A model generated the notes under the pieces. It saw nothing but the letters and a program-made list of their open reading frames with translations. It was not told the origin of the DNA and ran no database searches. Positions 14,879 to 24,303 of a stretch of 28,243 bases of DNA are shown in pieces (the first letter of the stretch is position 1; each line of letters starts with the position of its first letter). Both the position numbers and the translations under genes were made by a program. Source of the DNA: a virus (lineage: Duplodnaviria; Caudoviricetes); IMG/VR virus record IMGVR_UViG_3300042297_000287, positions 1-28,243 of that record. One strand, given 5' to 3'.

Positions 14879-15771
14879 TGGTACAATTTCATTTAAGCCA
14901 CTCCGATACAAAGTATTTTTATCCTGAGACCGCAGCGGATATAACACTGGAACAATACGTTTACTTTCATAAGTTTATCTTACCTCAATACCCAGAGGTT
15001 GAACTTGATGCCTTGATTGCACAAAAGCAAATGAAGGCGGCGTATGATAAAATCAAACCGTATGCAAAGAAGTTAGGCATTGACTTGAAAACAACGCCGA
15101 CGGAAGTGGTGCAAGAATTGGAAATAATCCTTTTGACAGATAATGTCAAAGACAATGTACGTCGTTTCCTTCCAGTATTGATTGACCAATTCAACGCAAA
15201 TCAAAAGGCATTGGACAAGTGTCTTGAAATCATGGACGAGGTTTGGGAGGCTCAGGTAAAATACCCGTACATGGCAAAGGTGGTAAACTATTTCACGGGC
15301 ATTCCCTTGGATGCTTGTTATGGAAAGGTTGCCGAAAGTCTGGAGTTAAAATACCTTACCTTCATGTTCTCAAAGATACTCAATGCGATAAGCGTACCCG
15401 AAGAACTTAAGTACAAACAGATTTATGATTTCAACGGAACTTTGTATTACCTTCCCGATAAGCTAATGGCAAAATCCACGTTGCTTGAGTTCGCTGAGGC
15501 AGCCCAATTTGACAAGGGACGCAAGGCGATTGAAAACAATGATGCTCAGGGCTTGCTTCATGTCATTGCCGTGTTGCTGAGGAAAAAGGACGAGGCGTAT
15601 AGCGACGAGGTTTTTCAAAGGAATTGCATTGACTTTTTAAAATTACCCTTACAAGTTGGCTTTGAAATTGGTTTTTTTTTGACGAAGTTAAGCGAGAGTT
15701 ATCAAGTCGATTTGCAGACCTCTATGCTTCGCAAGGCGATGCAAAGTATGCCAGCGCTTCAAGACAATTGA
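14878..15771 (+). CDS. Putative tail assembly chaperone (G form)
   Basis: DITLEQY near the N-terminus. Contains a GGT TTT TTT TTG slippery site near its end and precedes the tail genes. Confidence 0.65.
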   Translation: MVQFHLSHSDTKYFYPETAADITLEQYVYFHKFILPQYPEVELDALIAQKQMKAAYDKIKPYAKKLGIDLKTTPTEVVQELEIILLTDNVKDNVRRFLPVLIDQFNANQKALDKCLEIMDEVWEAQVKYPYMAKVVNYFTGIPLDACYGKVAESLELKYLTFMFSKILNAISVPEELKYKQIYDFNGTLYYLPDKLMAKSTLLEFAEAAQFDKGRKAIENNDAQGLLHVIAVLLRKKDEAYSDEVFQRNCIDFLKLPLQVGFEIGFFLTKLSESYQVDLQTSMLRKAMQSMPALQDN

Positions 15772-15953
15772 ATGATAAATACGGTTGGTACTTGACAATA
15801 AAGAAAATAGCTGAGTGCGGATTGTTCAACTTGGCAGGGCTCACACCCTTACAATCAAGCGAAAGGGCAAATTTATATGAGGTCTTTCAATACCTTGCGA
15901 GCAAAGCGGCTGAGGATAACTTATATAATGAGATACAAAAGCAAAAGAAATGA
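15672..15953 (+). CDS. Minus-1 frameshift extension of the chaperone (GT form)
   Basis: The -1 frame is open from 15666 (after TGA at 15663) through the T9 run to 15953: FDEVKRELSSRFADLYASQGDAKYASASRQLNDKYGWYLTIKKIAE... Confidence 0.75.
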   Translation, partial: FFFDEVKRELSSRFADLYASQGDAKYASASRQLNDKYGWYLTIKKIAECGLFNLAGLTPLQSSERANLYEVFQYLASKAAEDNLYNEIQKQKK

Positions 15954-16405
15954 CACTATTAGAAATAGCAGACTTATTCAAAAGTACCACGGACGCAACG
16001 CAAGGACTAAACGGGTTTTCTTTCGGTTGGCCTTCGGATCGGACACGGTCACAGGATTACGACGACGTGGGGGAAAACAGTACAAACTTATTCCCCAGGG
16101 TTTTCTTTTCCGTGCCAACGCTGACAAACAACCCGATAACACGCCGCGACGTGTATCAAATTACTTTGTTCTTTGACGATTTACTTGGATACAATGAAGA
16201 TGGAACAGTTAACGAAGATACGCAAATAGAAAAGTGGTCAGCCTTGACGGTGTTGGCTGAAAAATTCATGTTGCAGATAAATACAAATAAGCAAGCTGGT
16301 AATATTTCCGAAGGGGTTCAAATGACATTGGATAGCTTTTCCTCGATACAAAGATTAATAAGCGTACAGGCGACGTTCAACTTAAACGTTATTTCATCAT
16401 GTTAG
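15950..16405 (+). CDS. Putative tail terminator/completion protein
   Basis: 151 aa with an FPRVFF beta pattern. Assigned by size and position. Confidence 0.5.
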   Translation: MTLLEIADLFKSTTDATQGLNGFSFGWPSDRTRSQDYDDVGENSTNLFPRVFFSVPTLTNNPITRRDVYQITLFFDDLLGYNEDGTVNEDTQIEKWSALTVLAEKFMLQINTNKQAGNISEGVQMTLDSFSSIQRLISVQATFNLNVISSC

Positions 16406-16926
16406 ACGAACTTCAAAAGTTAGCGGATAACATTGCGCAAATGGCGATTGACGCCGTGGCGAATGAATGGAAAGCACAAGGGCACAACTTGACAGGCTCA
16501 GCTATAAAGAACATGGAAACGGTTATACGCTTTCAAACAAATGAATTAATCATTGAAGGCTATATTCCTGATTACATGGCAATAAATAACAAAGGGGTAC
16601 TTGCAACAAAGATCCCTTATTACCCAGGCAGCGGACGAAAGGAAAGTGAATACATTAAAGGCTTAATGAAATATGCTAAACAAAGGTTTGGCGCTTCCGA
16701 CAAAGAAGCTAAATCAATAGCCTTCGCCATTGCAAGTAAACATAAAAAAGAAGGGATGCCAACGATTAAAAGTCAAAAGCATTCACAAACAGGAAAACGC
16801 ACGGGCTTCATTGAACAGGCGTTGGAAAAGAAGGAGGCTGAAATGGCTGACTTGATAAACAGGGCGATTACATACAGTATTCAAGCCACGGTTGAAACAT
16901 TTTACAAATCAATATTAAACAGATGA
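16399..16926 (+). CDS. Putative tail-completion/neck protein (HK97 gp10-like)
   Basis: GHNLTGSA, Y...NKG and AFAIA.K.KKEG...TGFI motifs. Confidence 0.55.
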   Translation: MLDELQKLADNIAQMAIDAVANEWKAQGHNLTGSAIKNMETVIRFQTNELIIEGYIPDYMAINNKGVLATKIPYYPGSGRKESEYIKGLMKYAKQRFGASDKEAKSIAFAIASKHKKEGMPTIKSQKHSQTGKRTGFIEQALEKKEAEMADLINRAITYSIQATVETFYKSILNR

Positions 16927-18125
16927 GTTACACGATAAACCCTGATACCATATCAAGCAGCCTTTACCCTGTGGCGTTTCGCTCCATTGAACCGTCGGGC
17001 GTTATTCAGCAGCAAGTCAATGTTTACCTTGATGGAACGCTTGAAGGATCTTTTTTGGCAGCGCAAACGGGAACAAGTGGAACGTCGGCGGTGTTTGACA
17101 CGAATGTCCAATCGTTTTTAATTGGACAACTTGCACCAAAGACAAACGCCAAAACAAGTTTCTTTGGAAACCTTTACGGATTCAGCCTTACAAATAATAG
17201 CGACGTTATTTCATCATTGTATTGCACGGCGTTTAATCAAACAGTTAATTCATCGGGCTTCGTCGTTACCTCCACGGCATCGCAAAGCAGCACCACGGCA
17301 TACGTGTTGCCTTCCTTGTTTGTCGATGGGGAATATGACATGGGGGACTTTTACCAACCGTCGGCAAATCCTTTTTTGTTCCTTACACAAAGGAATGATT
17401 TTATTAAATGCAATTCCTCAGGTAACATATTTTTAAGTTACCTCGGACGCGGCACCAATGCGGCTCAATTTGAATTTTATTTTAAGTCAGGATCTTCAGC
17501 CGTTACGATTGTTGACAATTTAAACTCCACGGCAAATAATGATTTATATTCTTTGTCCGTTGGCGTATCAAATATATTTGGAAGCAGCGCCATATTTCAC
17601 GCGGGCAATTTTCCAACCAATCCAGATTTATACGATTATTACGATGTGTCCGTTGGCTCATACGACGGAGCATTTACAAGGCAAAGCGAAAGGCAACGTA
17701 TTTACATTTACCCAAATTGCAACGATAATATCGAGCTTCATTGGTTCGGTAAGCATGGCGGCGCGGAAAGTTACCAGTTTACAGGCTTAATGATTGATAA
17801 GCAAACGAGCAACGCGGACACGATTAACCTTGCTCAGCGTTGGAACATTGCCGCAAGTCCAAAGGCAAACACATTTGATAAAAATGTAATTAAGGTTAAT
17901 CAAAGGTCAAACAAAAGTAAGACGGTCACGGTGGCGGTAAGTCATGAAGATGCTTTGTATATTTCAACAATGTTTAATAGTCCTGAGGTGTACATTATTG
18001 AGAATGGGAAATATGTAAACATTACCATTGCCAACGGGGAGATAAACACGGATAACAACAGGGCGACGGATATTGGTGTTTCATTTGAAATCATTTACCA
18101 AAATACGCCAGTCGCTCAGTTATGA
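16923..18125 (+). CDS. Virion structural protein (tail)
   Basis: S/T-rich beta protein with C-terminal L.W...GG.ESY.F.G and MFNSPEVY motifs seen in Bacteroidota phage tail proteins. Confidence 0.6.
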   Translation: MSYTINPDTISSSLYPVAFRSIEPSGVIQQQVNVYLDGTLEGSFLAAQTGTSGTSAVFDTNVQSFLIGQLAPKTNAKTSFFGNLYGFSLTNNSDVISSLYCTAFNQTVNSSGFVVTSTASQSSTTAYVLPSLFVDGEYDMGDFYQPSANPFLFLTQRNDFIKCNSSGNIFLSYLGRGTNAAQFEFYFKSGSSAVTIVDNLNSTANNDLYSLSVGVSNIFGSSAIFHAGNFPTNPDLYDYYDVSVGSYDGAFTRQSERQRIYIYPNCNDNIELHWFGKHGGAESYQFTGLMIDKQTSNADTINLAQRWNIAASPKANTFDKNVIKVNQRSNKSKTVTVAVSHEDALYISTMFNSPEVYIIENGKYVNITIANGEINTDNNRATDIGVSFEIIYQNTPVAQL

Positions 18126-20557
18126 TAAAATTATTTATAAATAATCAAGAAGTCGATTTAAACCAAAAGGATGTTAATGTAACCATTGATTATTCGATTG
18201 AAAACATTGAACTTGGTAACATATCTGGAGCGCACTCAAAGAGGAATGTAACATTACCAGGTACAAAGACAAACATTGAAATCTTTGAAAACATTGAGAC
18301 GCCAAACGTCATTGTAACCAATGCTTACAAGTTACTTCCTGCACGCCTTGAGGCAAATGGTGTTCCAATTCTCACAGGAAAAGCACGGTTGGATTCAGGC
18401 GAATTGAATGCCATGAACCACGGATTCAAGGCGAATAATTACAAGGTTGCTTTGATTGGAAACAACGCGGATTGGTTCGCAGACGTGGGTAACATCTTAG
18501 TTAGGTCATTGGGATGGCAGGACATAACCGTTTCCACGGCGACGGTAAAAGCCAATTACAATCCATTGACTTCGGAACATTGCTTTATCCTGATGAAATG
18601 GAAAGCGTGGGAAAACGAAACGTACATTGTGGACAATGAGTTGACGCCCGCCATTTTTATTTGGCAAATACTGGAAAAGGCTTTTCAAAATAAAGGTTAT
18701 CAATTAAACAGTATTTTCAAAACGGATCCTTTCAGCCGATTGATTATTCCCATGGGTCTTAATCTTGATGCTGATTATATTGCAGATTTTGTAAACATGA
18801 GGGCGTCCAATCCTTCGCCTTCATCCTTTGTTTATTCGGCTGGTGATTATGGAACGGTTGACATTGCATTCACAAACGAAACAACGTCACCGAACTTTGA
18901 CACAGGAGGTAATTACTCAGGAGGCGTTTATACCGTTCCTATTAATGCCTTGTATGAGTTAATCGCCGAGTTGAACGTTACCTTAACGGCTTCCATTGGT
19001 GACTTAAATCAATTCGCAGAACTCATTCTTTTCTTTGAGGTTAATGGAAATAATGTTTCAACGTATGATTTGACAAATGAAACCACGTTGAATGATTCTA
19101 TTGCGCTTGAATTCCTGGGGGACTTGGTGGCAGGGGACACGGTTAAAATGAGGCTAAGGTACGAGAATGTCACATTTAACTTAGTTATCGGTGGTTCATT
19201 CTCCGTGGTGGCGCAAAAGGAAGGATTAGAGGAAGGAGAAACCGTAAATTTGCAATATGTTATACCTAATAGTTGGTATGTTAAAGATATTATTGCGGAC
19301 TTAACAACCATTTTTAATTTAGCATGGGAGACAGACGTATTAAGTAAACAGGTTTACGCGTATCCAAAGGACAATTATACGGTGAGGTACAGAGCCAACG
19401 CAAGTGGAGCGATTACCCTTACAACGTTTGACGGCTTTTTTAAGGACACGAATAAGTACGACTTAAATACCCGTGACATTGACGGAAGCGAATTAACCAT
19501 TCTTGATAATTACAAATCAAGTCAGGTACTGGCTTATGCCACGGATGATGACACTACAAACAAAGAAGAAGCAAGGCGCGGGGTTAACATTTACTCAGGG
19601 GGTTACAACTTTCCAGAGGATCGTTTTCCAAATGGCATTGAATTTCTTTATACAAAGTTCTTTGCAAAAGCCATTCATATAAACGACGTTGCCATTACCA
19701 CGGGTGGAACATACGGGGCGCAGATGCCACTTGTTTTTGGCGACGATTATAATACGGTGCCAGATGCAGAACCCAATTATAACTTGGCACCTCGTTTACT
19801 TTATTACGCAGGTAGGCGCAGCGGCTTAGACGGATACGTAAGATTATACGATGAAGCAAGTTCGGCGGCTTCGGCTTTTGATTTTCCTGCGGCTTTCATG
19901 GTAAATTACAATGACCCGAGCGGCGGCGATTTTAACCTTTCTTTTTCCGATGAAGTCACGAATTATACAAATGTGATGCAAGGCGTTTTTAAAACGTTTC
20001 ATTTACAAACATACAAAAGGATTGAACTTGGAAAGCAATATACGACCTTTGTCAAATGGGAAAACAAGGACATAACGCAACTGTCATTCAGACGCAAGGG
20101 AATGATTGGAAGTTCCAATTTCATCATTCAAGAACTTGAATACAATCCCAAATCCAATAGCCCAGCAAGAACGGTTATTTTATACGATGAAAAGCCAAAT
20201 GTAAATGACCTGAGTAAAGTGTCAAATACGATTACACTGGCAGGCGCACCTCCGCAAGGTGGCACGGTGACAGGATCAGGAAGCGGCTTAGTGGGAGCAA
20301 ATGGAGCGACGGTTAACATTCAGTTGTCTTACACGCCGTTCCTTAACTCAATGACCAATGTTCTTGTCTTGGCGGTTAACTCGGGTATCACTCAGGTAAG
20401 CAACACGAATGCAAATGTACTTGTATTCCAGAATGGTCAAAAGTTGATACCAACGATTCAATATATTATTAGCGGCTCAACCATTGGAATTAATGTGAAT
20501 ACCCATTACGATGGGGCAAATTATGAAGTTATTGTAAACGGAGTAACAAAAGGATAA
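18122..20557 (+). CDS. Large tail/baseplate protein
   Basis: N-terminal LFINNQEVDL...SKRNVTLPGT..N..IF pattern, 811 aa, next to the tape measure gene. Confidence 0.65.
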   Translation: MIKLFINNQEVDLNQKDVNVTIDYSIENIELGNISGAHSKRNVTLPGTKTNIEIFENIETPNVIVTNAYKLLPARLEANGVPILTGKARLDSGELNAMNHGFKANNYKVALIGNNADWFADVGNILVRSLGWQDITVSTATVKANYNPLTSEHCFILMKWKAWENETYIVDNELTPAIFIWQILEKAFQNKGYQLNSIFKTDPFSRLIIPMGLNLDADYIADFVNMRASNPSPSSFVYSAGDYGTVDIAFTNETTSPNFDTGGNYSGGVYTVPINALYELIAELNVTLTASIGDLNQFAELILFFEVNGNNVSTYDLTNETTLNDSIALEFLGDLVAGDTVKMRLRYENVTFNLVIGGSFSVVAQKEGLEEGETVNLQYVIPNSWYVKDIIADLTTIFNLAWETDVLSKQVYAYPKDNYTVRYRANASGAITLTTFDGFFKDTNKYDLNTRDIDGSELTILDNYKSSQVLAYATDDDTTNKEEARRGVNIYSGGYNFPEDRFPNGIEFLYTKFFAKAIHINDVAITTGGTYGAQMPLVFGDDYNTVPDAEPNYNLAPRLLYYAGRRSGLDGYVRLYDEASSAASAFDFPAAFMVNYNDPSGGDFNLSFSDEVTNYTNVMQGVFKTFHLQTYKRIELGKQYTTFVKWENKDITQLSFRRKGMIGSSNFIIQELEYNPKSNSPARTVILYDEKPNVNDLSKVSNTITLAGAPPQGGTVTGSGSGLVGANGATVNIQLSYTPFLNSMTNVLVLAVNSGITQVSNTNANVLVFQNGQKLIPTIQYIISGSTIGINVNTHYDGANYEVIVNGVTKG

Positions 20558-23500
20558 TGGCACAAGTAATAGGTTTTCAAATACAAATAGACGGGCTTGG
20601 CAAAACGGTTGAAACGGCAACGGAGTTAAAAAGAGCTATTGCCGACGTGAATGCTGAGTTAAAGAAAACAACGGACGTTCAAGAAATAAAGAAACTTGAA
20701 ACAAAGTTGGTTGACTTGAAGGCGGCGCAAATGGAGGTTAACAAAGTTGTTAAGGAACAAATCAAAAGCCGTAACGAAGAAATAACCGCAACCGACAAAG
20801 CCAACGGGGCTTATCGCAAGTTAAGCAAGGAATTGAATGACCAGCGCAACCGATACAAGGATTTGGCTGCGGCTGAGCAAGAATCAAGTCAGGAGGCAAA
20901 AGATTTATTGGTTTCAATCAATAACCTTGATAAAAAACTAAAGGGCATTGATGCCACGGTTGGACAATTTCAAAGAAACGTTGGCGGTTATACTGAGGCA
21001 TTGGGGCAATTCTTCCCGAAACTTGGGGGAACAATTGGCGATGTTACAGGATTGGTTGGTGATTTATCAATGGGCTTTGCAAATCTTGGTAAAACAACGG
21101 GGGCTGCAAACATTGGATTAGGCGCGGTTGGTTTAGCATTAACGGCATTTAACGCAATCAGCGGAATTATAGGAGACCTTAATCAGGCGGCAAAAGAAAT
21201 AAACGACCTTAAATTAGCTTTAGAAAACTTTGGTGTTGCCTCCGAAGACCTTGACCTTGTTTCGTCTCGTGCTAAAACGATTGGTGAGGTATTTAAAACA
21301 AACGCGGATGACATTGCGGCGGCGGCAAACACATTAAAAAATGAATTTGGAGTATCATTTGAAGAAGCTTTTGACGCGATTGAAAAAGGTTTTTTAAAGG
21401 GTGCGGATTCTCAGGGTAATTTCCTTCAACAATTAAAGGAATATCCCGCGCAATTTGCGGCAGCTAATTTGAGTATTGAGGAATTTTTAGCCGTTTCAAT
21501 CGACGCTGCAAACAAAGGGGTATTTGACGACAAGGCTTTAGATGCTATTAAGGAATTTGGAATAACAGTTAAGGAACAATTATCGGGAACAAGGGATGCT
21601 TTTATTGGTGCATTTGGCGAAGAGTTTACAAATCAATTATTCAATAATTTAAACAGCGGTGCAATATCAAGCGGACAGGCTTTAAAGATTGTAACGGATG
21701 AAATAAAAAACAGTGGTGTATCTGGTAAAGAATTACAAACATTAATATCAACTCTTTTCAAGTCCGCTGGTGAGGATGCTGGGGACTATGTTTTGACCCT
21801 TGGAGACGTTGTAAGTAATACGGATAAATTATTTGAGGCAGATACAAATCTTCAAAAGCAAGTCAAAGAGAATTTAAAAGTCACTCAGGCGAACAATTTA
21901 GCAACGGCGAAATATTCGGAATCGGTTGCAGATGCTGAAATAAGAAGAAAGGAATTTACTGACGGGTTAAGTAAACTTGGAAAAGTTTTATTTGACGTGG
22001 TTATATTTTTTGTCCAACCTTTGCTTTCAGCATTTAACGCCGTGGTTGATGGTTTTGGAAAAGGATACGACGCAATTAAATTCATAGCCGATGAAGGTTC
22101 AAGAATTATATCTAAAAGTTTTTCAAAGAATAGCGAAAAAGAATTAAACGCAACCATTGCGGCAAATAAAAAGAAACTTGATGCAGAAAAGAAACTTCAA
22201 GACGATATAAATAAAGTCGGCGGAAAAGCATTTTTGGAAAATGAGGCAAGGGCTGAAAAAATAAGGGAGGCGGCGTTAAACAAAAGCAAGGCGGATGCAG
22301 CGTTGTTATTAAAGACGGAAGATGGATTAAATCAAGCTATTGCCGATAAAAAGAAAAAGCGTGGAAGCTTGGTTTTTGGTACTCCAGAATTTAAAAAGGT
22401 TGAATCAGAAATAAAGCAACTTGAAAAAGAATTAGAAAAGTTTAATCCATCTAAGGCAGGTTCAAAAGGCGGTGAAAAGTTTGTAAAATCATTTACCGAA
22501 GGTTCACTTGCAGAACTTGAAAACCAACGTTCCGAATTACAAAGCGCGTTTTCAAACGCCGTGGTTGGCTCAGGAACACAGAAAGAACTTGCGGTAAAGT
22601 TAAACGCAATTAACAACCAAATCAAAACGGCGGTTGAAGAACAAAATCAAATATTAGCCGATGCCACGCGTGGTAACTTGCTTAACAACTTGAAAAACGC
22701 TGAGCAACTTGCAACGCTTCCATTGACAACAAAGCCCCCAGAGTTATTAAAAAAGGAGGTTGAGGACATTCAAAAGGTATTTAAAGAGGTTACAAAAAAC
22801 GCGGACGAATTTAGGGAGCAACAAAGAAAAAAGGAAGAGATAGAGTTAGAGGAACGCGCAAAGAGAATAGAAACTTATTTACAAACCGCTTCTTTAGTAA
22901 CCGACTTTTTTTCCACGGTTCAGCAAGCCCGTTTTAAAAAGGATGCCGACCAATTAAATGAGCAGATTGAATTGACAGAAGAAAATATTGCAAACCTTGA
23001 AGCCAAAGCCGAAAAGGCAAGTGGTATAAAAAAGAGGCGATTAGAAAAAGAGATTGTTCAAGAAAAGGCGTTATTAGAATCAAGAAACAAAGAAGCCGAA
23101 GCATTGCAATTAAAAGCCGCAAAGGCTGAAAAGAAAATTGCCATTCTTCAATCAATCATTCAAGGAGCGTTGGCGGTAAACAGGGCTTTAGCCGTTCCAC
23201 CTGGTCCGCCATTTACTATTGGCTCAGCAATTACCGCAGGTGTATTCGCAGGAATACAAACGGCTACGATTATAGCCCAGCCCCTTGCTGAGGGTGGCGT
23301 AGTCACAGGGCAACGGGTGAATCAAAAGCAAAATATACCAACTCGGTCAAATGGTGATAATGTTCTTGCGTATGTTAAACGTGGTGAGGTTGTATTGAAT
23401 CAACGCCAACAAAGTTTACTTGGCGGTTCTCCAACCTTTAGAAAACTTGGTATCAAAGGTTTCGCGGAGGGTGGCATGGTTCCACCGATTAACCCACCGA

Positions 23501-23670
23501 TACAAGGCTTAGGTTTACAGGGGAACATGAATGAATTCTTACAAGTCATGGAGGCAAAGACCGACGCGATAAACAACAGGATAGACCGGTTACAAGCTTA
23601 CGTTGTAAGTGAGGATATTGCGCGCGATCTTGCTGAGGGAAACAAGTTGAAAATAAACGCCACTTTATAA
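20557..23670 (+). CDS. Tail tape measure protein
   Basis: 1037 aa, coiled-coil. QRNVGGY, minor-tail core QLKEYPAQF...DKALDAIKEF, C-terminal AEGG...GEVVLN...FAEGG. Confidence 0.9.
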   Translation: MAQVIGFQIQIDGLGKTVETATELKRAIADVNAELKKTTDVQEIKKLETKLVDLKAAQMEVNKVVKEQIKSRNEEITATDKANGAYRKLSKELNDQRNRYKDLAAAEQESSQEAKDLLVSINNLDKKLKGIDATVGQFQRNVGGYTEALGQFFPKLGGTIGDVTGLVGDLSMGFANLGKTTGAANIGLGAVGLALTAFNAISGIIGDLNQAAKEINDLKLALENFGVASEDLDLVSSRAKTIGEVFKTNADDIAAAANTLKNEFGVSFEEAFDAIEKGFLKGADSQGNFLQQLKEYPAQFAAANLSIEEFLAVSIDAANKGVFDDKALDAIKEFGITVKEQLSGTRDAFIGAFGEEFTNQLFNNLNSGAISSGQALKIVTDEIKNSGVSGKELQTLISTLFKSAGEDAGDYVLTLGDVVSNTDKLFEADTNLQKQVKENLKVTQANNLATAKYSESVADAEIRRKEFTDGLSKLGKVLFDVVIFFVQPLLSAFNAVVDGFGKGYDAIKFIADEGSRIISKSFSKNSEKELNATIAANKKKLDAEKKLQDDINKVGGKAFLENEARAEKIREAALNKSKADAALLLKTEDGLNQAIADKKKKRGSLVFGTPEFKKVESEIKQLEKELEKFNPSKAGSKGGEKFVKSFTEGSLAELENQRSELQSAFSNAVVGSGTQKELAVKLNAINNQIKTAVEEQNQILADATRGNLLNNLKNAEQLATLPLTTKPPELLKKEVEDIQKVFKEVTKNADEFREQQRKKEEIELEERAKRIETYLQTASLVTDFFSTVQQARFKKDADQLNEQIELTEENIANLEAKAEKASGIKKRRLEKEIVQEKALLESRNKEAEALQLKAAKAEKKIAILQSIIQGALAVNRALAVPPGPPFTIGSAITAGVFAGIQTATIIAQPLAEGGVVTGQRVNQKQNIPTRSNGDNVLAYVKRGEVVLNQRQQSLLGGSPTFRKLGIKGFAEGGMVPPINPPIQGLGLQGNMNEFLQVMEAKTDAINNRIDRLQAYVVSEDIARDLAEGNKLKINATL

Positions 23671-23934
23671 ATGTGTAATTGCATGAAGACGGATAACATT
23701 TGGGGAGAACTTGGTTCTCGCATCCCCGAGGAATACAAGGCGCAAGTTACCGCCACGGTAAACAGGACATACAGGGTTTTAAGCATTGACCCGAATGATA
23801 TGGATTATTTGTTCAATGTTTATAACAATTTTGTTAATCATTATGAGCCTGAGCGGCGAAATTGTCCCGCGTGTCGGACAAAAGTCGTTGGTAAAATGAG
23901 GCAAATAGTGCAATATTGGAATGAAAATGGATGA
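23671..23934 (+). CDS. Small Cys-rich protein (putative zinc-binding)
   Basis: MCNC at the N-terminus and CPAC near the C-terminus. Confidence 0.65.
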   Translation: MCNCMKTDNIWGELGSRIPEEYKAQVTATVNRTYRVLSIDPNDMDYLFNVYNNFVNHYEPERRNCPACRTKVVGKMRQIVQYWNENG

Positions 23935-24277
23935 ATTTGAAATGATTAACAAAGATTTATTGCAGGATTTTACCCATGAAATCTTGAATAAATACAGTGC
24001 ATTTTGCCAAAAGGAAAGCATTACACCCAGTTTCTTTCACCTTATTTCCTTCCTCGTTAAAACAGACGTGGTAAAGGAAAAGACGGTGGCGAAATATATG
24101 GTTATGCACCTTTATCCAAATAGCCTTTATTCAAATGATTCAAAAATGGATGCCATGATGGAAATAAGCATACGAACGGGAATAAGTAAGAAGCACGTTT
24201 ATAACATGGTTCAGCACCCTGAGCGGTTTGGTTATCAAATCAAGCAAAAAAGAAAAGATAAAAACGATAGCGAGTAA
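23921..24277 (+). CDS. Putative DNA-binding protein with C-terminal helix-turn-helix
   Basis: MMEISIRTGISKKHVYNMV fits an HTH pattern reminiscent of Mor-like activators. Confidence 0.5.
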   Translation: MKMDEFEMINKDLLQDFTHEILNKYSAFCQKESITPSFFHLISFLVKTDVVKEKTVAKYMVMHLYPNSLYSNDSKMDAMMEISIRTGISKKHVYNMVQHPERFGYQIKQKRKDKNDSE

Positions 24278-24282
24278 TTTTG
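24275..24282 (+). promoter_or_regulatory. Possible -7 box (TAATTTTG) for the head operon
   Basis: TAnnTTTG match 21 nt before the protease start. A short motif in AT-rich DNA, so it may be chance. Confidence 0.4.
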
Positions 24283-24303
24283 TAAATAAATTATTTTTCT
24301 TTT

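Noticed and set aside
15877-16176. 99-aa alternative-frame ORF, and the other short overlapping or antisense ORFs in the track (for example 5012..5344, 12818..13240, 24302..24634)
   Set aside because: They overlap well-supported genes, lack motifs and look like shadow frames.
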